NCBI GenBank assembly: GCA_965205425.1
Contig: CBDBGZ010000004.1
Location: 96,001 to 160,000, forward strand
Source of the DNA: Nitrosopumilus sp.
Lineage (GTDB): Archaea > Thermoproteota > Nitrososphaeria > Nitrososphaerales > Nitrosopumilaceae
Direction of reading: 5' to 3'
DNA: 64,000 bases
The notes under the pieces are model-generated. The model had not been told where the DNA came from. It made no database searches and saw nothing but the letters and a program-made list of their open reading frames with translations. The position numbers and the translations under genes are program-made. Below are positions 40,502 through 50,152 of this stretch, piece after piece. Position 1 is the first letter of the stretch. Every line of letters starts with the position of its first letter.

Positions 40502-40926
40502 TGTTCAGCTAGGGTTACAAAATCATCTAATACATTATCATAATCATGTTTGAAATCATTTTTCCCAAACATGACTGAAATCTTCATTTTTCCTCTAAAT
40601 TTTAAATCAACATCCACTAAGACTTTGGTTCCATTTTCAAGTTGAATGAATTCTTGCTTAATTTTACTTCCTTTTGCATCACCGCCAATTACAAAAATTT
40701 CATGTAAAATTGGTTTCTGGGAAACATGTTTTGCCATAATTAACAATTCCATATCGCCTAAAATCAAATGTTCTTCAACTACAGATACATCTCCACGCAT
40801 AGAACGAATGCGAATAGATGGATAATGTTGTGAAATTATTTTCTGATAATTTTCAAAATTTGAGAAAATTTCAAAAACAGTATCTCGGTCTTTGTTAACA
40901 ATTTTTTCTAAAGAGAATTTTGGCAA
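40498..40926 (-). CDS. SRPBCC/polyketide cyclase family protein
   Basis: VFEIFSNFENY START-like N-terminus. Confidence 0.75.
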   Translation of the reverse strand: MPKFSLEKIVNKDRDTVFEIFSNFENYQKIISQHYPSIRIRSMRGDVSVVEEHLILGDMELLIMAKHVSQKPILHEIFVIGGDAKGSKIKQEFIQLENGTKVLVDVDLKFRGKMKISVMFGKNDFKHDYDNVLDDFVTLAEH

Positions 40927-40933
40927 TTGTATT

Positions 40934-41491
40934 TTAGAGAGTACCCCATCGAGGGTATAAATCGTGCTCTATGTCAAACTGGTCTAAACACTTTCCAACA
41001 CCATGATTTACAATATCATCAATTGATTTTGGTTTTGTATAAAATTCAGTTACAGGAGGTAAAATAACAATTCCCAATCTAGCAAGTTTTAGCATATTCT
41101 CTAAATGAATTGCAGAAAGAGGAGTTTCCCTAACCATCAAAATTAGTTTTCTAGATTCTTTAATTGTCACTCCAGCTGCTCGAGCAACCAGTGTATCATC
41201 ATAACCATTTGCAATTGCAGCTAATGTCTTCATACTACATGGAACCACAATCATGCCATCAATTCGATGAGTTCCACTAGAAACACTTGATGCCATATTT
41301 TTTTCATCAGAAATATTAGTAGCCAATGATTTCACATATTCAGGAGTGAAATCAGTTTCCATTGAAATACATTTTTCACCCCATTCAGAAATTATCAAAT
41401 GAGTTTCAATGTTTAATTTTTTTAAAGTTTCAAGCATACGAATGCCATAGATTGCACCAGTACTGCCAGTAATTCCAATTACAAGTTTCAA
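40934..41491 (-). CDS. ubiX: Flavin prenyltransferase UbiX
   Basis: GITGSTG, SSG, PCSMKTL and RETPL motifs. Confidence 0.96.
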   Translation of the reverse strand: MKLVIGITGSTGAIYGIRMLETLKKLNIETHLIISEWGEKCISMETDFTPEYVKSLATNISDEKNMASSVSSGTHRIDGMIVVPCSMKTLAAIANGYDDTLVARAAGVTIKESRKLILMVRETPLSAIHLENMLKLARLGIVILPPVTEFYTKPKSIDDIVNHGVGKCLDQFDIEHDLYPRWGTL

Positions 41492-41548
41492 TATGTTATA
41501 TGGGAAACCAGAGTATTATATGTATTAGATAGAAGTGGTGTTTTAGCA

Positions 41549-41692
41549 CTAGAAATTGTGAGACTCTTCATTTTCAGCAGTTTCTAATTCTTGATTTGCT
41601 TTTCTTCTCTTACACCACATGACTATACCTGCAACAAGCATGGCAGGAAGAAGAATCGTGCCAAGCAGTTGAAGTTCAAAATGATACAACAT
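41549..41692 (-). CDS. Small single-TM peptide (47 aa)
   Basis: MLYHFELQLLGTILLPAMLVAGIVMWCKRRKANQELETAENEESHNF. Confidence 0.55.
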   Translation of the reverse strand: MLYHFELQLLGTILLPAMLVAGIVMWCKRRKANQELETAENEESHNF

Positions 41693-41787
41693 GATTTGTA
41701 TTAAACCTCAATTGAAAAAAGCCTATTGATTATCCGATCTGATATTTCAAAAATTAGCTATATTAGATCCCAATATCTAGTCATAAT

Positions 41788-42879
41788 GTGATTAAAAGTT
41801 CTGAGATTAAGAAAATAGTTAACAATTATTCAGATGTTAAGATAGGCGTTCTAGGTAGTCACTCAGCCCTAGAGATTATGGATGGTGCAAAAGATGAAGA
41901 TTTCCAAACTAGAGTATTTTGTCAAAAAGGACGGGAAGGCCCTTACCAAAGATTTGGACGTATTGCAGATGAGGTTACAGTTTTAGATAAATTCAAAGAT
42001 ATGGCATCTGCCAAATATCAAAAAGAACTACGAGATTCCAACACAATCATAGTTCCTCATAGATCACTTACAGTATACTTGGGATACAAAACAATTGAAA
42101 ATTCATTCAAAGTACCAATTTTTGGAAATAGAAAATTATTCCAAGCAGAAGAAAGAACTGCTAAAAAAGGACAATACTATCTTTTAGAAAAAGCTAGAAT
42201 AAAATATCCAAAATTATTCAAAGATCCTAAACGAATCAATAAACCATGCATTGTTAAAGTTCAAGAAAAAAAGAGACCATTAGAAAGAGCATTCTTTACA
42301 GTTTCATCATACAAAGATTATGTTCAAAAATCTGAAGAGAAAATCAAACAAGGAGTTATTGCTAGAAAAGATCTTGAAAAGGCAAGTATCGAAGAATTGG
42401 CAATAGGAACATACATGAATTTTAATTTCTTCCACACACCAATTTCAAATCAAGTAGACTTTATTGGAATTGAAAGAAGATTACAAACAAACATTCACGA
42501 TTACAATGCATTACCTGCAAGAGAACAACTAGAGATGGATATTGATTTACAAAATATCGAGGTAGGTCACACCCCAGCAAGTATCAGAGAATCTCTTCTT
42601 GAAAAAGTACTCAAAATGGGAGACAAATTTGTAAAGGCAACCAAAAAAGAATATGCTCCTGGAATAATTGGTCCATTTTCTCTACAAAGTGTAATTACAA
42701 AAGATTTAGAATTAATCGTCTATGATGTCTCGCTAAGAGTTCCAGGAAATCCAATTGTAGCCACAACCAGTCCATATACCAAATATCAATATGGTCAAAC
42801 GTTTGGAGTTGGGAGAAGAATTGCCATGGAGATTAAACGAGCTCAAGAAGAAGACAGACTAGATGAGATAGTCACATAG
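41788..42879 (+). CDS. purP: Formate-dependent FAICAR synthetase (PurP family)
   Basis: LGSHSAL, GHTPASIRESLL and GRRIAMEIK motifs. Confidence 0.93.
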   Translation: MIKSSEIKKIVNNYSDVKIGVLGSHSALEIMDGAKDEDFQTRVFCQKGREGPYQRFGRIADEVTVLDKFKDMASAKYQKELRDSNTIIVPHRSLTVYLGYKTIENSFKVPIFGNRKLFQAEERTAKKGQYYLLEKARIKYPKLFKDPKRINKPCIVKVQEKKRPLERAFFTVSSYKDYVQKSEEKIKQGVIARKDLEKASIEELAIGTYMNFNFFHTPISNQVDFIGIERRLQTNIHDYNALPAREQLEMDIDLQNIEVGHTPASIRESLLEKVLKMGDKFVKATKKEYAPGIIGPFSLQSVITKDLELIVYDVSLRVPGNPIVATTSPYTKYQYGQTFGVGRRIAMEIKRAQEEDRLDEIVT

Positions 42880-42909
42880 AATTTAGATAAAAAGAAGAAA
42901 AAGGAGAAT

Positions 42910-43821
42910 TTACTCCAGTTTCAATGGTATGCTCATACTACCAAAGTCTTCGTTGATTCTAAAGGTATAACTTTTTGAAGAATCATACTCAAACTCAGTT
43001 CCACCATATCCAATGTTTGGACCAAAGAGGAAATTGAATTCTCTTGAATCACCAGAATTCAATACAATTTGTCCACTGGTAAAGTCCATTCCAGAATATT
43101 TGAAGATCTTGGAACCATCTGATACATCATATGCACAGATAGAAGGACTAGTACAGTTGATTGCAGCTACATCCGAACCAGTATTTTCTGCCAACATACG
43201 AATTGTCAATATGGGTTGCCCAGTTGGGGTGATTTCAAATTCACTCCCTTCAGAACCCATACCAAACCAATAGTATGTGATTGGTCCAATATCAAAATGC
43301 TCAGCATCTGTTTGATATTTGTAAAGCTCTATAGCTTTATCAAGTGGTTTTTCACAATCAATTCTTTTGTATGCTTTGATGATTTCAGAGCATTTTTCTA
43401 ATTCTGCTTGTAGTGCTACCAACTTTGAATCATTAGTACTAGATTCAATAGGAGTCGTTTGCATTGATTCAGAATCGGTAGATACTGAAATGAGCCCAGA
43501 CTTTATCAAATGCTGAATTGCATTTACAAATTCACCATCAGTGATAACATCCTCAGCCCACCATCCAGCAGTATTCTTTACCCAATCTGGAACACCTTCA
43601 GATGTTTCAGAAGAGACGATTGTTGGTGGAACTTGAATGATTTCATCTATTATTAAAAATTCTACACCTGAAATAAATTCAGATTCAGTAATAGTGCCAT
43701 CAGCCCACCATCCAGCAGTATTCTTTACCCAATCTGGAACTTCTGCATAAGTAGTGGATACAGTTGAGGTTACTCCAAACAGTAGTGCAATTGTTGAAAT
43801 TGCAGCCATTGTTGTTTTCAT
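42910..43821 (-). CDS. Secreted protein with two thaumarchaeal PDWVKNTAGWW domains
   Basis: Signal peptide and duplicated domain. Confidence 0.82.
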   Translation of the reverse strand: MKTTMAAISTIALLFGVTSTVSTTYAEVPDWVKNTAGWWADGTITESEFISGVEFLIIDEIIQVPPTIVSSETSEGVPDWVKNTAGWWAEDVITDGEFVNAIQHLIKSGLISVSTDSESMQTTPIESSTNDSKLVALQAELEKCSEIIKAYKRIDCEKPLDKAIELYKYQTDAEHFDIGPITYYWFGMGSEGSEFEITPTGQPILTIRMLAENTGSDVAAINCTSPSICAYDVSDGSKIFKYSGMDFTSGQIVLNSGDSREFNFLFGPNIGYGGTEFEYDSSKSYTFRINEDFGSMSIPLKLE

Positions 43822-43980
43822 AGTGACAATTTTTGCTCATCGTATATAATCTAGTGGTAGGATAATTTACTAGTGCTAATTATCAGTCTTTTTAAGCATG
43901 GAATATCACTAAAAATGTCAATATTAGCACTATAATAGAAAGTTAGCATTAGTTATATGCAATGAAAGTAAATTCAGAAT

Positions 43981-44823
43981 ATGACATACATTAGAGTAAA
44001 AAATGTCAAATCTGATCAGTATCTCTATCTTGTCAAAAGTGTGTGGGATTCAAAAAAGAAAACATCAAACCAAGAAATTATCAAATATTTGGGAAAAGCA
44101 TCAGAAGTAACTGAAGAAGACATACCAGTAGATTACAAAAAAGATGCCAAAATATTATCAATGGTTGCAAAGTATAATCCAAAAAATATCAAAAATAGTC
44201 AAAACATAACAAAAAAAATTCAAGCGAAACTATACAAAAAATTAGCAGAAGGAAACATTCAAGATGCATTGAAACTATATGAAGAATATACAAATAATTT
44301 TAATTTTGTGAATTTCTTAGATATAATTTTCAAACCAGTAATGTATAAAATTGGAGATGATTGGGATGCAAGTAAAATTAGTATTGCTACAGAACATATT
44401 GCAAGTAATACAGCACAAATTTTAGTAAGCAAAATAAGTAAACAGGTTTCCGGAAGTGCAAAAAAGAAAAAAGTTTTGATTTGTGTTCCAATAGGAGAAG
44501 AACACAGACTAGGTTGCGACGTGCTTGAAACTTATCTTTCATCTAAAGGATTCAAAACATACAACATGGGAACTTCAATTCCAACTGAAGCAATATTGAA
44601 TTTTATCGACGAGGAAAAACCAGACATTGTATTTTTATCAATAACAATTAAAGATAATCTTCAAGCAGGTCAAAGATTAGTAAAAAAAATCAAAGAGAAA
44701 TCAAGTGTTCCTATCATAGTAGGAGGATTGGCAGTACAAGGAGATAATCCTCCAGAATTTGATGCTAAAATAATATCAAATATGGCACTAGATGAAATTC
44801 CAAAAATCATCAGAGCAGCCTAA
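43981..44823 (+). CDS. Cobalamin-binding (CarH-like) regulator
   Basis: W-x9-EH (WDASKISIATEH), E-x-H-x-x-G (EEHRLG), FLSIT and IIVGG Rossmann motifs. Confidence 0.88.
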   Translation: MTYIRVKNVKSDQYLYLVKSVWDSKKKTSNQEIIKYLGKASEVTEEDIPVDYKKDAKILSMVAKYNPKNIKNSQNITKKIQAKLYKKLAEGNIQDALKLYEEYTNNFNFVNFLDIIFKPVMYKIGDDWDASKISIATEHIASNTAQILVSKISKQVSGSAKKKKVLICVPIGEEHRLGCDVLETYLSSKGFKTYNMGTSIPTEAILNFIDEEKPDIVFLSITIKDNLQAGQRLVKKIKEKSSVPIIVGGLAVQGDNPPEFDAKIISNMALDEIPKIIRAA

Positions 44824-44894
44824 AAATTACCACTAGAGAGAAAATGGTGCTTTATTCAAATATGATGAAAACAAAATTAACACAGGTAAAAAAT

Positions 44895-45080
44895 ATGGGT
44901 AGAACATGTAGAGGTATTTGTGAAATGCACAAAGCTGAACCAGTTTCAAACAAAATCAGATATGAGATTGGACAAAAAAGATGCACATATTGTGGGATTT
45001 TTTTCGCATCAGAAGATATTAGATGTATTTGTTGCAAGGCAGTTTTAAGAACAAAGCCAAGATCTAGGAAAGCAAAATAG
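44895..45080 (+). CDS. Small Cys-rich zinc-finger protein
   Basis: CRGIC, KRCTYC and CICC..LRTKPR. Confidence 0.8.
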   Translation: MGRTCRGICEMHKAEPVSNKIRYEIGQKRCTYCGIFFASEDIRCICCKAVLRTKPRSRKAK

Positions 45081-45094
45081 GATTTTAAAGAAAA

Positions 45095-45225
45095 CAAAAA
45101 GGCGCAAACCCCTAACTGCAGAACTCTGAGAGATTTCCTCTCGTGGTCAAACGTCTAAACGTCTGATTGCCTTTCTCGTTCTGCGGGGCAGCGCAGTCTA
45201 ATCGCCAGATTTTATAACTAACGAC
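45095..45225 (-). ncRNA. Candidate structured ncRNA (three-way junction)
   Basis: GC-rich island with nested stems GCGC, CCCC/GGGG and GCAGAAC/GUUCUGC plus two inner hairpins; TATA-like box upstream and T-tract downstream on the minus strand. Confidence 0.55.
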
Positions 45226-45351
45226 ATCAATTACTATAAGACAAATAACTATTTAACATTTAGTACAAATTATTTCAAGAAAATTAACATAATATTGAAA
45301 ATTTCAGCACATCAAAAAAATCAAACGAAGAATCGAACATCTGATTATTAC

Positions 45352-46377
45352 GGGTGTGTCCTAAAACTATCCTCTAACATGTTTTGTAACCCCCATCAAA
45401 TTAACAACTCGTATGTTGTAACAAATTACACGCAACGCCAACTCTTTTCTTTGAACCAACTTGTTTTTTGATGACAAGCTATTTCCAAAGATTCTTTTGA
45501 GTACTGCAAATACTGATTCAACAAGTGACCTCTTGTGATAATGTCTGTCAAATTCATCTTGATTGTCCTGGAATAATGTTATCATTTTTTTCCATGATGC
45601 AGAGCCTTTGGGATTTCTAACTGTGTTCTTCTTTGGTTTGATGTATGGTATCTTTTGCAGAGTAGCTACCATATTGCAAATGTCTCGTGACAAATATGCA
45701 GGATCTGCACAAAAATCACCAATTCCCTTTGGAATGTCTTTGATTAGTTTTTTGAGAATTGGTGCATCACCACGAGTTCCTTTAGTAATGTCAAAAGATA
45801 CTATTGCCATGGACTGTATTGCAATTAGGATGTGCAGTTTTAGATATAATTTCTTGGATTTGTGCGTGTTTGTCTTGATGTCAAACCAAGCCTCACATCT
45901 TTTGGTACCAAATCCTGAACTGTCAGGAGCTATGTCTTTTTTTTGATTGGTTCTGTGAGTTTTGCGTTTACCTTTTTCAAATAAGGCATTGGAATTCTTT
46001 TTAGACTGTCATTAATGACAGTCTTGCTTGGTGCTTTTTTGAGCTCCATTATTTCCAACAGATCCGGCCTTGATCTCAAGTGGGACTCCATGGAACGATA
46101 ATCCAATCCAAACTTTACCTTTAGCATTGCACACATTATCTTTGCTTTTGTTGGAAATGCAGGACGTCCGCCTGTCTTTGGTTCCCATGGTGTATCCATA
46201 CTCCAAACTGTCTTCTTTACTTTTTCCAAGAATAGAATCTCCTCATCCTTGCGATATGTGCCATATACTTGCCAGTCTCTTTTTGATTTGTTTTGCATAG
46301 TTGTTGTGATTCCATGCGATCAATATGTTACAGAATTGAATAAAATTGTTATATTTGTCTACTTTTAGGACACACCC
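45352..46377 (-). mobile_element. IS5-family element copy A (1026 bp, 15-bp perfect TIR gggtgtgtcctaaaa)
   Basis: orfA 45930-46298 joined by a -1 shift to the frame ending at 45367; DSSG, KLH, DPAY and YHKRSLVES motifs. Confidence 0.94.
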
Positions 46378-46425
46378 CAGTTTGACAGTTCAGTTTTATC
46401 TGATGTTTGGAACCCATACATGTAT

Positions 46426-46463
46426 TATGCCCCCTAAAATATTAAATATAAGTATGCCCCCTA
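46426..46463 (+). promoter_or_regulatory. Promoter with two 11-bp direct repeats (tatgcccccta) flanking a TATA-like box
   Basis: Repeats at 46426-46436 and 46453-46463 around attaaata, just upstream of the AbrB-like gene. Confidence 0.6.
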
Positions 46464-46473
46464 CTATTGTATA

Positions 46474-46641
46474 ATGTTGGTAAAAATAGTTAGAAAACTT
46501 AATCGAAAAGTAGGTAAAGAAACGTATTACAAATATTTGATTCCTATATCCACAAAACAAATGGAAGAGTTAGGATGGGATGAAAATACACAAGTTGTTA
46601 CAAATGTTAAAACTAAAAAATTAGTCGTTGAGAGACAATGA
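46474..46641 (+). CDS. AbrB/MazE-like small DNA-binding protein, putative antitoxin (55 aa; absent from the ORF track)
   Basis: MLVKIVRKLNRKVGKETYYKYLIPISTKQMEELGWDENTQVVTNVKTKKLVVERQ; ATGA overlap with doc. Confidence 0.75.
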   Translation: MLVKIVRKLNRKVGKETYYKYLIPISTKQMEELGWDENTQVVTNVKTKKLVVERQ

Positions 46642-47009
46642 TTCAGTACATAACAAAATCCACAGTTGAAAAAATCAGAGAATCTCTAGAGTTAGAAGAG
46701 GAAGAAAATTCATACAATTATGAAGGAGGTTTGGAACTCACATTAGATATGATAAAGACAGTGTTTCAAGACGATATAATCGGTAAGGCATACTATTTGT
46801 TAAAAGAGATAACTTTAGGCCATTACTTTAACGGTGGAAACAAAAGAACAGCATTGTTGACGACCCGTGTTTTTCTTAACATAAACGATTACAGTCTAAA
46901 ATATGAAGAAGGCTCAGGATTTTTGCTGACCATGATGATTAACTATAATCTTTTAACAGAAGAACAGATAAAAAATTGGTTGAAAAAGAATATGGAGGAA
47001 AAGAAATGA
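46638..47009 (+). CDS. doc: Fic/Doc family toxin
   Basis: HYFNGGNKRTA motif followed by FLNIND. Confidence 0.85.
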   Translation: MIQYITKSTVEKIRESLELEEEENSYNYEGGLELTLDMIKTVFQDDIIGKAYYLLKEITLGHYFNGGNKRTALLTTRVFLNINDYSLKYEEGSGFLLTMMINYNLLTEEQIKNWLKKNMEEKK

Positions 47010-47224
47010 AGACAATAAAGGAGGTAATTGAGGAAGAAATTAGAAAATCTCAAGGAGATTTAGAGATGTTCAAATCATTTGATCAAAATCCATATGACTT
47101 AAAATCTGCCAGTGAATCAGGCATTGCCGATTTGCTTCGGGACATCATGCCAAAATCTACTGAAGGGAAAGTTCTCTTAGGCGGACTAGTCGTGCTAGGA
47201 TTATTAGCATTGTCTAAGAAATGA
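47006..47224 (+). CDS. Small protein with C-terminal hydrophobic anchor, translationally coupled to doc
   Basis: ATGA overlap at 47006-47009; VLLGGLVVLGLLALSKK tail. Confidence 0.65.
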   Translation: MKTIKEVIEEEIRKSQGDLEMFKSFDQNPYDLKSASESGIADLLRDIMPKSTEGKVLLGGLVVLGLLALSKK

Positions 47225-47353
47225 GAGCAAATCAAACATCAGGTTCTGGGTAATCTTCGAGACCTGGAATATGGATCTTCCTCGTGTTAAGTGTAGAGAC
47301 CTAAAAACGAAAATTAAATTCCAATTATTTGAAAATTATATGTATTTAATTTT

Positions 47354-48263
47354 GGTGATTATCAATTATTCACCACCAACACATAATCTAACAATAATGA
47401 GAAAGTATCTTCCATCTCTGTTGTTGTATCTCCATTCCATCTCTTTGATGTATAACAAGAATTTACCTGGACTGACTCCGTGATGCTTTGCCATGTTCTC
47501 TTTTGCAAAACTCCAAAACCCTTCGATTCCATTTATGTAAACATCGCCTTTACCAAACATCTTGCTGTGGTCTATTGAGAGATGTTTGTAGCCGTTGAAA
47601 ATTAGCGAATCATATCCTCTCCTCTTGTCCGTATACACAATGCTTCCTTTCTTTACTTTCTTGATTGTTCCTGCAAGCAATGTCTTTGCCTTGACATTGT
47701 TTACAATCTCAACGTGAACTTTTCCCTTTCTTTTCAGTATGCCAAATACGATGGTCTTGTTCTTGGCACCTCTGCCACGATTTCCCTTTCTTTTTCCTCC
47801 AAAATAGTCGCCTCGTCAGCCTCAATTTTCCCTTTTAGTTTCTTGTCTGATTCTGCTAGATGATACAGTATGGCATATCTGATGCAATCAAAAGCATTTA
47901 GTGCAAGTTGGATAACTGACACCTGCTTCTCTAGCTGCACGTCTTGCACTAATCCCAATATCAAATAATTTGACTAGGGCCAACCATTTTGTAAAATTAA
48001 TGTTGATGATATCAAACCATGTTCCAGCAAACGGTCTATAATCTGTCTTGCAATCTTTGCATCTTAGTTTCCCTCTTGAAATAATATAGTAATTCTCAGA
48101 GTTACATGATGAACAATGAATTGTGTTTTTCTTTTTGAATTGGTTGCAGAGAAATTCCAATGCAGTTGATTTGTTGTGAATTATTTTAGATAACTCAATT
48201 ATGTTGATTGTTTTTTCCAATAATTACTCAAAAATAGTTGGTGGTAATAGGTTTACAATCACC
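47354..48263 (-). mobile_element. IS1595-family element copy 3 (910 bp), frameshifted
   Basis: Near-identical to copy 2 in inverted orientation; no TSD. Confidence 0.92.
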
Positions 48264-48327
48264 AAATAATATATCAAAATGATACCCATGTTATTGACAA
48301 CAAAAATTGTCAATGGGAGATTAGAAA

Positions 48328-48780
48328 ATGAAAAGTAGATATAAAATTTTAATTGCAATAATCAGTGTTTCATCTATTGGAATATTGCTATTTGAAATTT
48401 CAGATAATTTTTCTAATGATTTAATTCGTGATATGATAAAAGATGATGCAATCAAAAATTATCAAATGCTAGACACTACTTGCAATGATGCCAATGGAAA
48501 ACCTGATGCAGAATGCTTCATTAATGCATTTGATGAATGTAAATCTGCAACAATAAAACATATGGGTTCTACTTTTGAAGGTGATCCTATTTTTTATTAT
48601 GTTGCAATTATGCCTGAAGACTCGTGTCAAATTCATCTTGAGATAGATATCAGTCAGGATAAATGGAAAGGAATTGCCACTAAAGGAATAATTCAAAGAA
48701 CTTGTACCGATATTCAACTAGAGGAATATAAAATACAGTTTCAATGTGGTGATGATGAGTATGCATTTTACTTGCGTTAA
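48328..48780 (+). CDS. Membrane-anchored Cys-containing hypothetical protein
   Basis: N-terminal TM; TFEGDPI motif. Confidence 0.75.
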   Translation: MKSRYKILIAIISVSSIGILLFEISDNFSNDLIRDMIKDDAIKNYQMLDTTCNDANGKPDAECFINAFDECKSATIKHMGSTFEGDPIFYYVAIMPEDSCQIHLEIDISQDKWKGIATKGIIQRTCTDIQLEEYKIQFQCGDDEYAFYLR

Positions 48781-48793
48781 GAGAATATGAAAA

Positions 48794-50104
48794 CTAGATA
48801 TCTTCTACACATCTAAATCCTGAAAATAACCAACGTTCGTCTAATCTAAAGAAATTCCTATAACTTCCTCTAATTGACATTTTTGGAGTTCCAAAAGAAC
48901 CTCCTCTCAAAACTTTTTGGTTGGTGAACCACTTGTCATTATACTCGTCAAATCCTGATTTGAATCCAGGGTATCCTGTAAATTCTGATGTGGTCCATTC
49001 CCAAACATCTCCAATCATTTGCTGACAACCGAAATGACTTGCTCCTTCTGGGTATGATCCTATTTCTGAACAACTCCAATTGTATGATTCAAGCAAATTA
49101 CATTTTTCTGATGTAGGATTTTCATTTCCCCATGGGAACGTTGTTTTTTCTTTTTCTTCTTCATTCCAACAAGCTGCTTTCTCCCATTCAGCTTCATTTG
49201 GAAGTCTTTTACCTGCCCATTTACAATATGCATCTGCTTCGTAGTAACTAACATGGCATACAGGTTCATCTGGATTTATTTTTCTAATCCCTATAAAATC
49301 TCTAACATGCCAAATCCCATCAATTTTTTCCCAATACATTGGAGAATTCCATTTGTTTGCTTTGACTTTTCCCCATCCGTCTGATAACCAATATTTGTAA
49401 GTATCATATCCTCCAGATTCTATGAATTCTAGATATTGTTTATTTGTAATTGGAAATACATCCATTTTATAATCATTCAAGAAAACTTTGTGTTCTGGTA
49501 ATTCAATGTCGTAGCAAAATTCTCTACCATTATTTCCCATTGTGTATAATCCCCCACTGATTTGCTTTGATTTAATTTCAGTGTTGATTGATTTTGGAAT
49601 TTCATTTTTCTTAACAGGTCTATATTGTTCTGCAAGTAAATGTTGTAAATCATAAACTAAAAGTTCTTGATGTTGACATTCATGATGAAATCCCATCACT
49701 ATCATTTTTGTGGAATCTTCACTTAATGCCTGAGTGTCGATAAATTTCTCTACTCTCTGGTTTATCGTGTTAAAGTATTGAAAAATTTGATCTGTTGTTG
49801 GTCTTGATACTACTCCCCGTAAGCCTTTATCATGTGGAACTCCGAACTGTTGATAGTAGGAATTGAGATATTCTGAAAATTCTTTAGAGTAAAATTCATA
49901 ATTTTTATCAATTTTACTCATTATTGCCTCATAAATCCAACTCACATGACCTATGTGCCATTTTGGTGGACTCATAAAAAATGCAGTTTGTACGACAAAA
50001 TCATCTCTTTCTAAAGTTTTTACAAGTTCTAACGTTCTACTTCGTGTTTCTTTAAACTGTTCTAGTAATGCATTTCTTGAATCAAGTTCTGGATTTGATG
50101 TCAA
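48794..50104 (-). CDS. egtB: Ergothioneine biosynthesis sulfoxide synthase
   Basis: DinB-like SPPKWHIGH and HHECQHQELL; FGE-sulfatase RLPNEAEWEKAA and GDVWEWT. Confidence 0.93.
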   Translation of the reverse strand: MTSNPELDSRNALLEQFKETRSRTLELVKTLERDDFVVQTAFFMSPPKWHIGHVSWIYEAIMSKIDKNYEFYSKEFSEYLNSYYQQFGVPHDKGLRGVVSRPTTDQIFQYFNTINQRVEKFIDTQALSEDSTKMIVMGFHHECQHQELLVYDLQHLLAEQYRPVKKNEIPKSINTEIKSKQISGGLYTMGNNGREFCYDIELPEHKVFLNDYKMDVFPITNKQYLEFIESGGYDTYKYWLSDGWGKVKANKWNSPMYWEKIDGIWHVRDFIGIRKINPDEPVCHVSYYEADAYCKWAGKRLPNEAEWEKAACWNEEEKEKTTFPWGNENPTSEKCNLLESYNWSCSEIGSYPEGASHFGCQQMIGDVWEWTTSEFTGYPGFKSGFDEYNDKWFTNQKVLRGGSFGTPKMSIRGSYRNFFRLDERWLFSGFRCVEDI

Positions 50105-50152
50105 TATTGAAAAATTGTTTTTTTCTATTATTATATTTGTGGGTATTATTTT

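Noticed and set aside
43553..43740. Two identical 41-bp repeats (43553-43593 and 43700-43740)
   Set aside because: They encode the duplicated VPDWVKNTAGWWA protein domain in frame
45095..45225. 5S rRNA, SRP RNA or hammerhead ribozyme identity for the structured island
   Set aside because: It lacks the conserved 5S loop sequences, SRP length and the CUGAnGA core; kept only as an unknown ncRNA candidate
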